A stretch of 62,722 bases of DNA, the filler included. It is 10 parts of 10 records of this genome, joined end to end, with 100 filler letters (N's around TTAATTAATTAA, not from the genome) between each part and the next. Parts side by side here need not be neighbours in the genome. Positions count along the whole stretch, not along the records: positions 35,422 to 41,679 come from SRR31156797_132897; positions 41,780 to 51,331 come from SRR31156797_134409; 8 more parts are not named here. The stretch is one strand, 5' to 3'. Shown piece by piece: positions 40,117-49,859 of this stretch; position 1 is the first letter of the stretch, and every line of letters begins with the position of its first letter. The notes beneath the pieces were generated by a model. The model did no database searches, had not been told where the DNA came from, and worked only from the letters and a program-made list of their open reading frames with translations. The translations under genes and the position numbers were made by a program.

Positions 40117-41073
40117 CTAGAGGCCGGCTTCGGCGGCTTCGTTCGGATCGACCGCTTCAGTCCGATCGACCATGCGATGCTCCGGTGCGGCCAGAACGTG
40201 GCCATTGCCATCGTAGTTCATCACGTACAAACGATAACCGCCGACCAGGTCCGCGCTGTCCTGATCGAGAATGCCGATGATATCGAACGGTTCGGTCAAA
40301 TTGTACGAGCCCGCGTAAATCCCCGTGCCGCGTCCCAGTTTAACAGGCAGGGTTCTGACCCCGTCGGTAATCGTCAGTTCGCCATATGGCCCCCAGCCGC
40401 TCGCATCCACCACATTCACATCAGCGATCTTGATCAGCCGACTCTGATAGCGCTCGCCTCCGATTTCGCGCTGCGGATCGAAGATGAACTGGTCGGTCTC
40501 GTCTTTAAGATCGTCGAGCGTCACCAACTCCGGCTGCGGCAGGCCGACCCCCGCCTCAAGAAGTTCGATGGTGAAGTCATGGGCCGGATCATTGCTGTGC
40601 TGCTCGTTGACGTTCATCTTGCCCTTGTAGGACAGGAAGTACCCGGTGACGCGAACGCGGTCGCCCGGCGCAAACTGGGCGGCGTTGAGTCGCGTCATCT
40701 CGCCCACCCATTCGGCGTCGGAATAGCCACCGTCAGGCGCGACCCAAGGCAGATTGTGGTAGAGCTGGCCCATCCAAACGGCGGTGCCGGCGTGGTCGTC
40801 CCCTTCGCCCTGGAAGAAGAGTTGCCACTCGGCACCCATGTTATACATCTCCGCGACACTTTCATCCGGCGTCGGGTCCAGCATGTCGGCCGGATGGCTC
40901 AGCACAATCCCCTCCAAGGTCACCTGTTCGGCAGCCGCGTAGGTATGCTCTCCCGAACCATCGACGGCCTGGAACGCCGCGTGTGTCACGACCTCGGCCC
41001 ATAGCATCCCGCCCAGCACCAGCACAATCAGCGTACTTACCATTAGACACTTCTTCACAATCTCGTCCTCCAC
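40117..41073 (-). CDS. Secreted acidic protein of unknown function, probably two OB-fold-like beta domains
   Basis: Signal peptide; VTLEGIV, PGDRVRVTG and FDIIGILDQ patterns; rich in Asp, Glu, His and Met. Confidence 0.75.
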   Translation of the reverse strand: MEDEIVKKCLMVSTLIVLVLGGMLWAEVVTHAAFQAVDGSGEHTYAAAEQVTLEGIVLSHPADMLDPTPDESVAEMYNMGAEWQLFFQGEGDDHAGTAVWMGQLYHNLPWVAPDGGYSDAEWVGEMTRLNAAQFAPGDRVRVTGYFLSYKGKMNVNEQHSNDPAHDFTIELLEAGVGLPQPELVTLDDLKDETDQFIFDPQREIGGERYQSRLIKIADVNVVDASGWGPYGELTITDGVRTLPVKLGRGTGIYAGSYNLTEPFDIIGILDQDSADLVGGYRLYVMNYDGNGHVLAAPEHRMVDRTEAVDPNEAAEAGL

Positions 41074-41120
41074 CTTCTAGCCCTCAAGCCCCTTCAGCAG
41101 CGCATACTCAACGACATTCC

Positions 41121-41165
41121 GTGCTACCACACATAACAATACAGCATTCGTGTTACTGGTCGCAA
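41121..41165 (-). promoter_or_regulatory. Candidate sigma70 promoter with overlapping operator for the metal-uptake operon
   Basis: TTGCGA-N18-TATTGT on the minus strand; ATAACA-N12-TGTTAC dyad (41133-41156); GTGCTAC/GTGTTAC direct repeat. Confidence 0.35.
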
Positions 41166-41679
41166 GACAAAAATCCCGTGAATTCTCCAATCCCGCCGGC
41201 AACCATCGGGAACCCGCCCGCAATGAACGGCTCGACGACGAAGCGCGTAGATACGGGACCACAACATCTGTCCGGCCATCGGAAGCGCGGGGCCAACTGC
41301 ATCACCCATCTCCCCCTGACACGACGTGTGATTGTCCCTGATGGTCATGACGCCGACGCACACTCAAGCCTCCGGTGGGTTGGCGGAGCAGTTGGCGACG
41401 ACGTGGTCACAAGATCGAGGAGCAACGCCCAGCAAATACGTATTTCCCACAATAGACACCGCGCATGAAAGTCGCTAGTTATGCTTGGGTAGTGAGACAG
41501 CCACAGTGATTGCGAGCGGCGCCATCTACACAGAGGTGAGCAAGGTTTCCAACGTCCCGCAACAGTCAAGGCCAGTGGAAGCGACCCGCAGTGACGGGTG
41601 GAAGGACCCACAATGGCGACACAAGCAGGCAACCTGAGCGGCCGAAGATGGTGGCACGCCAACCAGGCCCGCTATCCCG

Positions 41680-41779
41680 NNNNNNNNNNNNNNNNNNNNN
41701 NNNNNNNNNNNNNNNNNNNNNNNTTAATTAATTAANNNNNNNNNNNNNNNNNNNNNNNNNNNNNNNNNNNNNNNNNNNN
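41680..41779. other. Artificial contig spacer
   Basis: N44-TTAATTAATTAA-N44. Confidence 0.99.
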
Positions 41780-41979
41780 CAGCACCCAACAATGGCTCTC
41801 GCCGAAGGCACTTCTTCCCCAAAAAAAGACCGTATAAAAATGACCATCCTTACTTCTTATTGACCATCGGGGTTTAAAGTCACCGCTCCAAGTGTGCCCT
41901 CCCAAGCATATCAAAGTAGACCTTTACGCAATTTCCCATTACTATTCCTCAATTCAAAAGCCCGATATGGAGATCAAAC

Positions 41980-42477
41980 ATGCACTCTCTTCGATATAGC
42001 GCCCTCTTTCTCATCCTGATCCTGACCGGATGCAGTGGTTACACCTTCGGTGAAGGAGGTACTTCCGTACTCCCTCCAGAATATCGAACTCTTGCCGTCC
42101 GAGAAGTCACCAACCCGACCACACTCTCATGGCTGGAACCACGCATTCGCAAGCTTCTCCGAGACGAGTTGAACAACCGTGGCACCATCACATGGGTCGA
42201 CAGCCAAGACCGTGCAGATTCTGTCATTTCCATCATAATAACCAAATATTACCGTCCGACAGCAGTTTCCGGTGCAAGTGACGAAACTTTGCGCTCCGTT
42301 GCCAAATTTTACTTCAATGCAGTCATTCGATCCACAACTGATGACTCTGTACTCTGGCAATCAGGTGACATCTCACAGGACTGGCCTTTTTTCACCGGCG
42401 ACGAAGCCGAGGCTGACGCCGAAGTCACACGACTTGGCATCCGACGGCTGGCTGACCGCATGACCCAGAACTACTAG
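41980..42477 (+). CDS. lptE: LPS assembly lipoprotein LptE
   Basis: Lipobox LTGC.GY; size and position upstream of holA. Confidence 0.8.
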   Translation: MHSLRYSALFLILILTGCSGYTFGEGGTSVLPPEYRTLAVREVTNPTTLSWLEPRIRKLLRDELNNRGTITWVDSQDRADSVISIIITKYYRPTAVSGASDETLRSVAKFYFNAVIRSTTDDSVLWQSGDISQDWPFFTGDEAEADAEVTRLGIRRLADRMTQNY

Positions 42478-42484
42478 GCACCCC

Positions 42485-43480
42485 ATGAACCGCCCAAAAT
42501 ACCTTTTCTTGATCTGCCCAGACCCACAACTCATCAAGGCCCAAATTGATGAACGGATTAAGACGTCCGGACAAACCGACTGGGAAACCAAGACTTTCTG
42601 GGGCGACGACGAAGAGCCTTTGCCCAACACATTCTGGACTGACTTGACCATCAAATCGCTATTTCCTCAGCCCAAGGCTCTGCTTGTTCGCCGTGCTCAT
42701 ACGCTCAAGGCTGACCATTGGGACAAACTTGATGCCGGAGTCAAAGGCCTTGGCAGCGACATTTTTCCGGTCTTCTGTCTGGAAGGCCAATGGAAAGGGA
42801 AAAAACCACCCGTTCCTGTTGCACTGTCCCGACGTGGCCTCTTTAAGAAAGCCAAGAAAGAAAACTGGATTTGGGAATCAAAAGGACTTGATCAACGCTC
42901 GCTGACGGATTTCGTCAAGGCATGGGCAGCACGCGAGGGATTAACCTTTGAACCCGGCGCGGGACAAGCCTTGGCTTTCGCCCTACCCATGGACGCTGTA
43001 GCCGCACGATTGGAACTGGACAAAATTGAATTGGCTACTGGCGATGAGCGCACAGTTCGTCGTGAACACGTTGATCTCGTGGCTCAGACCGGCGAAATGC
43101 CTTTTTTCGACCTCATGGACGCTTTGAGTCAACCCGGGGCCGAAGTCTCGGTATGGAAACGGGTCCTCGACGATCACGCCAAGTCGGCCAAAGACCAGAT
43201 GCTGTTCAACCTCATCGGGTTTCTCGCAAGTCAGGCACGCATGTACTGGATGCTCGCCAATGGGGAAAACCCCAAAGGCAATCCGTATATGCTAAAAAAG
43301 AAAGCCCCCATCGCCCAACGATTGGGCAGAATCGGTGTTGCCCGTATGATTGATCTGGCCCTTGAAGCCGAACTGTCACTCAAAACCGGCGAACGCAAAT
43401 ACGAAGAAGCTCTGGACATCCTCATGGCCGGACTGATCGACCTGTTTCAACCCAAACGACAAGCCCGTCGCGCCCGATGA
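42485..43480 (+). CDS. holA: DNA polymerase III delta subunit
   Basis: SLFP...LLVR, ELDKIEL, FFDL.DAL and E.SLKTG patterns; lptE-holA synteny. Confidence 0.78.
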   Translation: MNRPKYLFLICPDPQLIKAQIDERIKTSGQTDWETKTFWGDDEEPLPNTFWTDLTIKSLFPQPKALLVRRAHTLKADHWDKLDAGVKGLGSDIFPVFCLEGQWKGKKPPVPVALSRRGLFKKAKKENWIWESKGLDQRSLTDFVKAWAAREGLTFEPGAGQALAFALPMDAVAARLELDKIELATGDERTVRREHVDLVAQTGEMPFFDLMDALSQPGAEVSVWKRVLDDHAKSAKDQMLFNLIGFLASQARMYWMLANGENPKGNPYMLKKKAPIAQRLGRIGVARMIDLALEAELSLKTGERKYEEALDILMAGLIDLFQPKRQARRAR

Positions 43481-44160
43481 CCAAATCAGACACCCCGCAC
43501 TATCTCGGCCACCGCCAACGCCTCAAAGCTAAACTCGTGGACAACAGCCGCAGTCTGGCGGACTATGAAATCATGGAACTTGTGCTGGCACAGGTTCTTC
43601 CGCGCCGCGACACCAAACCTTTGGCAAAAGAACTGATTGACCGATTCGGCTCGCTGAAAAGTGCGATCATGGCTCGCCCCGACCAATTGGATTCGGTCAA
43701 AGGAGTTGGCCCGGCAGTCACCGCCCACTGGACATTGTTGCAAGAACTCTATGCCCGACTCGGTGAAGCGCAGGCACGAAGCGGTATACCTTTATCCGAC
43801 CCCAGAGATGTTGCCGAAGCCGCAATGGCGAGACTCGGCGGCAAGGGTGTCGAAGAATTCTGGACCGCATTTCTCGACTCAAAGAACAGGGTCATCGCAT
43901 GGGAAAAAGTCGGCAACGGAACGGTGAACGCTGCCCCGGTGTTCCCCCGAGAAATTGTTGCCATGGCTCTTCGACTGGAAGCCGTCAGCATCATACTCGC
44001 TCATAACCACCCCGGCGGCGACCCGACTCCTTCCAAAGAAGACATACTGCTGACCGGCATGATCAAGGAAGCCGCACAGAATCTGGATATAGCCGTACAC
44101 GATCATATAGTTGTCACTGATACGGACTATTACAGCTTTTATGAGGGAGGATATCTCTGA
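43477..44160 (+). CDS. radC: RadC family protein (HhH + JAB domain)
   Basis: GHRQRL, FGSL, VKGVG, EEF...LD.KN, PREI, HNHPGG.P.PS.ED and DHIVV motifs. Confidence 0.95.
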   Translation: MTKSDTPHYLGHRQRLKAKLVDNSRSLADYEIMELVLAQVLPRRDTKPLAKELIDRFGSLKSAIMARPDQLDSVKGVGPAVTAHWTLLQELYARLGEAQARSGIPLSDPRDVAEAAMARLGGKGVEEFWTAFLDSKNRVIAWEKVGNGTVNAAPVFPREIVAMALRLEAVSIILAHNHPGGDPTPSKEDILLTGMIKEAAQNLDIAVHDHIVVTDTDYYSFYEGGYL

Positions 44161-44432
44161 TGCATCAATTCCGCGCCACCATCCACGGAAAAGTACAAGG
44201 GGTCTGGTTCAGAGCATGGACCCGCGACACGGCACGAGAACTGGGCGTCACGGGTTGGGCACGCAATCTACCGGATGGGAATGTGGAAGTACTGGCGCAA
44301 GGCACACCGGAATTACTCGACAAATTCAAGCATTCCCTCTGGGACGGGCCACCCTTAGCGCGAGTGACAAAGATCGACGCAGACCAATCTGAAACAAACG
44401 AACCCCTCCCTTCCTTCTCTATCCGTCGCTAA
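44160..44432 (+). CDS. acyP: Acylphosphatase
   Basis: GKVQGVWFR, GWARNLPDG.VE and GPPLARV motifs. Confidence 0.95.
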   Translation: MHQFRATIHGKVQGVWFRAWTRDTARELGVTGWARNLPDGNVEVLAQGTPELLDKFKHSLWDGPPLARVTKIDADQSETNEPLPSFSIRR

Positions 44433-44530
44433 AAACAGTTTTTTTGCAATAATAATATACTTGCAAACGGGAATTAACGACTTATTAGGTGTAACACACT
44501 CAGTTTGCACTCAAATGAGAGGTTATTCCC

Positions 44531-47071
44531 TTGAGCAAAAAAAACAAGAAATCCCCCATCCAGCCGACGCGGATAAAACGCAAGAAGTCGGATGTCACCA
44601 AAGATAAGGCCCCGACCCGCAAGCCCGCCACCCCTGAAACCGAAGCCCCCAAGCCCGGCGGCGAGGAGTTGCCCGATATCATCGAGGCACTGACCAATCC
44701 GGGCGGTAACGCCGGACTGTTTGGTGACGGCACCGGCATGACTGGTCCCAATCCGGCGGACATCCCCCAGACACTTCCCGTTCTGGCCGTGCGCGACATC
44801 GTGGTTTTCAACTACATGATCCTGCCGCTGTTCGTTGGCCGCGAAAAATCGGTCCAGGCCGTGGACGCCGCACTTTCCGGTGATCGCTACATCCTTATCC
44901 TGACGCAAAAGGACGAGGCCGTGGAAGACCCGACGGAAGAACAACTCTATACAACGGGCACCGTGGGCATGATTATGCGCATGTTAAAAATGCCTGACGG
45001 CCGCCTGAAGGTTCTTGTTCAGGGATTGGCCCGTGCCAAGGTCAAACGGTTCACATCTAACGATCCGTACCACATCGCCGAATTGGAACCGCTCATGGAG
45101 CCGGAGACCGGAGACCTTACAGCCGAGCAAGAAGCCCTTATCCGCTCCTCTCGCGAACAATCTGAAAAGATTTTGGCTCTGCGCGGCATTTCTGCTCAGG
45201 ACATCATGTCCGTCCTGAACAATGTATCCGAACCCGGCAGGCTGGCCGACCTGATCGCCTCCAACCTCCGCATGAAGGTGGACGCCGCACAAAAGATTCT
45301 TGAATGCCATGATCCCATGGAACGACTTGAGCTGGTGAATAAACAGCTGCTCAAGGAAGTGGAAGTGGCAAGCATGCAGAACAAGATCCAAACCATGGCT
45401 AAAGAGGGCATGGATAAAGCGCAGCGTGACTTCTATCTCCGCGAACAACTCAAGGCGATAAAACGCGAATTGGGTGATGAAGGAGATGAATCCGAGGAAA
45501 TGGATGAACTCCGCAAAAGTATTGGCGCCTCCGGCATGCCCAAAGACGTCATGAAAGAAGCGTTCAAACAGCTTCGCCGTCTGGAAGCCATGCACGCCGA
45601 ATCCTCTGAAGCGACCGTCATTCGCACATATCTCGACTGGATGACCGAATTGCCGTGGAAAAAAACTTCACGCGATCGTCTGGACATCAAGAAAGCGGAA
45701 ACAATCCTGAACGACGATCACTACGATCTCGAAAAGGTGAAAGAGCGTATTCTTGAATACCTGAGTGTTCGCAAACTCAATCCCAAGATGAAAGGCCCGA
45801 TCCTGTGCTTTGTGGGACCTCCGGGCGTAGGTAAGACCTCGCTTGGCCGCTCCATTGCCCGAAGCCTTGGACGCAAATTCCACCGCATGTCTCTTGGTGG
45901 TATGCGTGATGAAGCCGAAATCCGCGGTCATCGCCGAACCTACATCGGGGCCATGCCCGGACGTATCATTCAGGCCATCAAGCAATGCGGCACCCGAAAT
46001 CCGGTCATCATGCTGGACGAAATCGACAAGCTCGGCTCGGATTTCAGAGGCGATCCGTCATCTGCCCTGCTGGAGGTACTTGACCCGGAACAGAACTTCA
46101 CGTTTACGGATCACTATCTGAACGTGGCGTTTGATCTGTCCAAGGTCATGTTCATCTGCACGGCCAACATGCTCGATTCCATCCCCGGCCCACTGCTGGA
46201 CCGCATGGAAGTCATTCGCATTCCCGGCTACACTGAACAGGAAAAAACCGTCATCACCCGCCGGTATATCCTTCCCCGCCAGACCGGTGAAAACGGTCTC
46301 AAGGAAAAGGAATTGACGATCAGCGATAAACTGATCGCCAAGGTGGTACGCGAATACACACGTGAAGCCGGACTGCGTAACGTAGAACGTGAAATTGGCA
46401 CCCTTTGCCGCAAAATGGCTCGCAAAAAGGCCGAAGGCGAAAAAGGACCATTCAAGGTTACGGCCAAAAATCTGTATACACTGCTCGGACCACCGCGTTT
46501 TCTGGACGACGAAAAGGAAACCATCCTGCCTCCGGGTGTTGCGGTTGGTTTGGCCTGGACTCCATATGGCGGTGAAATTCTGCACATTGAAGTGACGACC
46601 ATGCCCGGCAAGGGCAAGCTCACTTTGACCGGCAAGCTCGGCGACGTGATGAAGGAATCGGCTCAAGCCGCCCTGTCCATCGCTCGCACCATGGCCGACA
46701 CTTACGGCATTGATCCCGCTTTCTCGGAGAAACTGGATATTCATGTTCACGTTCCGGCAGGAGCAACGCCCAAGGATGGCCCGTCTGCCGGTGTCACGCT
46801 GGTGACTGCGCTCATCTCCGCATTGACCAACACTCCGGTCTGCCCGGATTTGGCCATGACCGGCGAAATCAGCCTACGTGGACGCGTCCTGCCTGTCGGC
46901 GGCGTCAAGGAAAAAATCCTTGCAGCCGTATCTCGCGGCATGAAGAAAGTGCTCATTCCGGCCCAAAACAAGAAGGATTTGAGCGAAATTCCTGACGAAC
47001 TGCGCAAGCGGATCAAAATCGTCCCCATCGAAAAGGTGGATCAGGTCTGGCCACAAGCAAAAAAATGCTAA
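44531..47071 (+). CDS. lon: ATP-dependent protease La
   Basis: LON N-domain; GPPGVGKTS, LDEIDK, PKDGPSAG and PVGGVKEK motifs; the TTG start is uncertain. Confidence 0.97.
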   Translation: MSKKNKKSPIQPTRIKRKKSDVTKDKAPTRKPATPETEAPKPGGEELPDIIEALTNPGGNAGLFGDGTGMTGPNPADIPQTLPVLAVRDIVVFNYMILPLFVGREKSVQAVDAALSGDRYILILTQKDEAVEDPTEEQLYTTGTVGMIMRMLKMPDGRLKVLVQGLARAKVKRFTSNDPYHIAELEPLMEPETGDLTAEQEALIRSSREQSEKILALRGISAQDIMSVLNNVSEPGRLADLIASNLRMKVDAAQKILECHDPMERLELVNKQLLKEVEVASMQNKIQTMAKEGMDKAQRDFYLREQLKAIKRELGDEGDESEEMDELRKSIGASGMPKDVMKEAFKQLRRLEAMHAESSEATVIRTYLDWMTELPWKKTSRDRLDIKKAETILNDDHYDLEKVKERILEYLSVRKLNPKMKGPILCFVGPPGVGKTSLGRSIARSLGRKFHRMSLGGMRDEAEIRGHRRTYIGAMPGRIIQAIKQCGTRNPVIMLDEIDKLGSDFRGDPSSALLEVLDPEQNFTFTDHYLNVAFDLSKVMFICTANMLDSIPGPLLDRMEVIRIPGYTEQEKTVITRRYILPRQTGENGLKEKELTISDKLIAKVVREYTREAGLRNVEREIGTLCRKMARKKAEGEKGPFKVTAKNLYTLLGPPRFLDDEKETILPPGVAVGLAWTPYGGEILHIEVTTMPGKGKLTLTGKLGDVMKESAQAALSIARTMADTYGIDPAFSEKLDIHVHVPAGATPKDGPSAGVTLVTALISALTNTPVCPDLAMTGEISLRGRVLPVGGVKEKILAAVSRGMKKVLIPAQNKKDLSEIPDELRKRIKIVPIEKVDQVWPQAKKC

Positions 47072-47091
47072 ACTGACCGCTCATAAAAATC

Positions 47092-47123
47092 AAAAGCCTC
47101 GGTGTATATACGCCGAGGCTTTT
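47092..47123. terminator. Bidirectional intrinsic terminator between lon and the TPR gene
   Basis: AAAAGCCTCGGTGTA-ta-TACGCCGAGGCTTTT hairpin. Confidence 0.8.
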
Positions 47124-47144
47124 CTTTCACCCTCAATAACCATT

Positions 47145-48077
47145 TTACAACCCCACAGCATCCCTGCCGGGAAGCCACAGGCCCTCCTTCTCTTCTTCAC
47201 GCACACTCATCTCACGCGCTGTTCTCTGCGCAGACTCATCATGAATGAAAACCGCCTCACCCAACACTTCTGCCCGCCGGGCCACACCATCCGGCACCGG
47301 TGGCTTGCCATATCGCATCCTGAGCCGCGCACTATCAGCCAAGGCCAAGATAAGTACCACCAAATCACGAGCTACTGGCAGTTCAGGATTAAGATCAAAA
47401 CATGACACCAACGCGTTCATGCAGTCCCACCACTGCCCCTGTTCATAATAGGCTCGAGCCAGATTGTAATAGAGGTGATCATCGACCTGTGTAAAAGCCA
47501 AACCACGCCTATAACAAAGAACCGCTCCATCAAAATACCGAGCCTTGCGAAGACGAATACCGAAATCATTGAACAGAAACTGATCCCTACCAGCATACTC
47601 AGTTGTCAGCCTGAGCAATTCACGGACAAAGACACGCGCCCGTGAAAGTTTCCGGGCCTTGATATACTTGATGGCAATGTTGAAAAGACCGCGCACATTG
47701 GCTTGATCTATACGCAAAATGGACCGACGATCACCGGTCATCCGAAAGTCATGTTCTTTGGTTGCGATCAACAACCGTTCTTCAAAAACCGCGACCTCTG
47801 GTGAATAATACGTCAACAACTCACTGAGAGGGATGACTGCTTCGGTTCCAAAAGGCAAAAAATCACCGTCCACACCACGCACACCAAAAGAGGCTTCGTC
47901 CATCTGGCGAACAAGCCAATAATGCTTTTGCCCCTGACCGCGCAACGTTGTCGCCCGACTAAGCAAATGCGTTCTCGGAGTGGAAAAGATGCAACACACA
48001 TGCTCGAAACCGCCATGTCGTTGCTTGGTATATGACTGCCCCCTGCCGTCCAGGGAAACATACGAATCCTGCCTCAT
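47145..48077 (-). CDS. TPR protein (Desulfovibrionaceae-type family), paralogue 1
   Basis: C.FST, YW.V.Q, Y.PE, FLFNDFGI.LRK and D.LYYNLARA motifs. Confidence 0.8.
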   Translation of the reverse strand: MRQDSYVSLDGRGQSYTKQRHGGFEHVCCIFSTPRTHLLSRATTLRGQGQKHYWLVRQMDEASFGVRGVDGDFLPFGTEAVIPLSELLTYYSPEVAVFEERLLIATKEHDFRMTGDRRSILRIDQANVRGLFNIAIKYIKARKLSRARVFVRELLRLTTEYAGRDQFLFNDFGIRLRKARYFDGAVLCYRRGLAFTQVDDHLYYNLARAYYEQGQWWDCMNALVSCFDLNPELPVARDLVVLILALADSARLRMRYGKPPVPDGVARRAEVLGEAVFIHDESAQRTAREMSVREEEKEGLWLPGRDAVGL

Positions 48078-48290
48078 GGGAATCCCTTACAAGGCTGCGA
48101 CGTGCCCGACTTATCACCCCACCGAGCATCTTCCCCTGATGCAAAGCGAGTCTTCATGATATGGCCGAACACGGTGCTACCAGCCTTGTGCATTGAGCAT
48201 TGGGCTCCCGCGACACCAACCGCGTTCATTACTTAAAGAGAGATGGTTCCGACAATTGCCGAACAACATTCCATCCCTCAACCATGTTTC

Positions 48291-48318
48291 TTATCGGAGG
48301 GAAACAAAACCGGCTTTA
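48291..48318 (-). promoter_or_regulatory. Candidate sigma28 (FliA) promoter upstream of TPR paralogue 1
   Basis: TAAA-N16-TCCGATAA on the minus strand. Confidence 0.55.
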
Positions 48319-48383
48319 GGGGTCTGAAATTGGAATTCACACGTGTTTCAACAACACACTTGAAATACAGAAATTTTCATCAA

Positions 48384-49364
48384 CTATTTGTCGCTGCCAT
48401 GTTTTTTTAATTCCACGACACCAACAGCACCTGACCGAGCTCTTCCGGGTTCAATACCCATGACTACCGGCTCTTCATCAAGCTTCAACTTACCGGAATC
48501 AGCAGTCAATATCTGCCGTGCCCGCGATGCGACATGCGGCGGAATTGAGGGCTTGCCATATCGGCCAAGCAACGAATGATCCTGATCTAATCCTACAATC
48601 ATCTCAAGAAGGCTATGCGTGACTTCTAACTCGGGATTGAGCCTATGTGAAAGAATGAGATGTTCCAAACATCCTTCCCAGTCGTTGTTTTCGTAATGAA
48701 CGCGTGCCAGATTGTAATAAAGATTTTCATCGTCACCCACGAATTCCAATGCCCGGTGAAAATAGGCCATGGCTTCAGGGTACATGCCACTTTTGCGCAA
48801 AGCGATCCCAAGGTCATTAAAGAGGAACTGATCCTTCCCTTCAAAATCTGCCTTGATACGCACGAGTTGATCGAGCAATCCCCTTGCCCTGTCAGGCTCA
48901 TGGCGAGAAAGATAAATCAAGCTAAGACCAAACAGAGACAAAAAAACGTTGGCATCAACACCCGCCACCTCATCCTGGCTGATGTTGGCCGCAACCGTCA
49001 TGGCCGGACGGACCAATTCCTCAAAATAGGACAACTCCGGCGTATAGTTGCTGACCAAATCCTGCATGGAGATCGACTCGGGATCGCCGGTTGGCACATG
49101 GATATCATTAATCATTCGACCAGAAAATTCTTCTCGATCCACTTGCTCGACATACCAGAAGTTCTGACTGGTATGTGTCCGCTGACTGGCTCCCATGCCC
49201 ATCTTCACGGGGCGAGTGGTCGAGAATACGCATCGAAGCATACCGCCGCGAGACATATACTTCCAACCGGAAGGAGGCTTGGGGGCACCTTCATCATCAA
49301 GGGTACTGGCAAGATCAAGAGCAAAAAAGTCATCGTTCATGATACTCACTAAATACTCCGGCAA
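48384..49364 (-). CDS. TPR protein (Desulfovibrionaceae-type family), paralogue 2
   Basis: CVFST, FWYVEQ, YTPE, FLFNDLGIALRK and DENLYYNLAR motifs. Confidence 0.82.
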   Translation of the reverse strand: MPEYLVSIMNDDFFALDLASTLDDEGAPKPPSGWKYMSRGGMLRCVFSTTRPVKMGMGASQRTHTSQNFWYVEQVDREEFSGRMINDIHVPTGDPESISMQDLVSNYTPELSYFEELVRPAMTVAANISQDEVAGVDANVFLSLFGLSLIYLSRHEPDRARGLLDQLVRIKADFEGKDQFLFNDLGIALRKSGMYPEAMAYFHRALEFVGDDENLYYNLARVHYENNDWEGCLEHLILSHRLNPELEVTHSLLEMIVGLDQDHSLLGRYGKPSIPPHVASRARQILTADSGKLKLDEEPVVMGIEPGRARSGAVGVVELKKHGSDK

Positions 49365-49576
49365 AATTCAGAAAACAACACAAAAAACAGACCTCAACTG
49401 ACTCATACTCTTCCATTGGATACCGATTCTGTAAAGGATTGTTTTCGTCCTGTAAGACTGGACATAACAGCATCACGACTTACCTTCCTCCCTGCACATT
49501 GCCAGTCAAGCCCTTTTCGGCTATGGAATCCCTCTGTCGGGCGAACTCGGCAAAAAACACCATTTCGGAGCATGTC

Positions 49577-49834
49577 ATGCCCATATTTGAATACAAATGT
49601 AGTGATTGCGGCCACGAATTCGAAGAACTCGTTTTTGATCGGGATGAATGTCCTCCCTGCCCCAAATGCCAATCAGAAAAGACCGGCAAACTCATGAGTG
49701 CGGTCCGTTCCAAGATTGCTGGCGGCGCTTCCGCTCCTGAATCCAGTGGTGGTGAAGCTGATACTGGTTCCAGTTTTTCCTCTTCGTCCCCCTGTTCAGG
49801 CTGCTCCGGCGGCGACTGCTCCAATTGCGGTTAA
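49577..49834 (+). CDS. FmdB family zinc-ribbon protein
   Basis: [16 protein letters not shown] and a Cys-rich tail [12 protein letters not shown]. Confidence 0.9.
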   Translation: MPIFEYKCSDCGHEFEELVFDRDECPPCPKCQSEKTGKLMSAVRSKIAGGASAPESSGGEADTGSSFSSSSPCSGCSGGDCSNCG

Positions 49835-49859
49835 CTTTTTTCTCACCAGAAGGTTTCCA

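Noticed and set aside
41166-41679. Long non-coding stretch upstream of the metal ABC operon as a cobalamin or NiCo riboswitch
   Set aside because: No B12-box or other recognisable aptamer core on the minus strand, and a candidate promoter lies downstream of it; an Rfam scan would settle this
41780-41914. Short minus-strand ORF at the start of contig H
   Set aside because: No recognisable motif and truncated by the spacer; it cannot be called
43477-44160. RadC/JAB gene as a marker of a mobile element or defence system
   Set aside because: Full-length HhH + JAB form embedded in a housekeeping lptE-holA-radC-acyP-lon context, with no integrase, E1/E2 or CBASS genes
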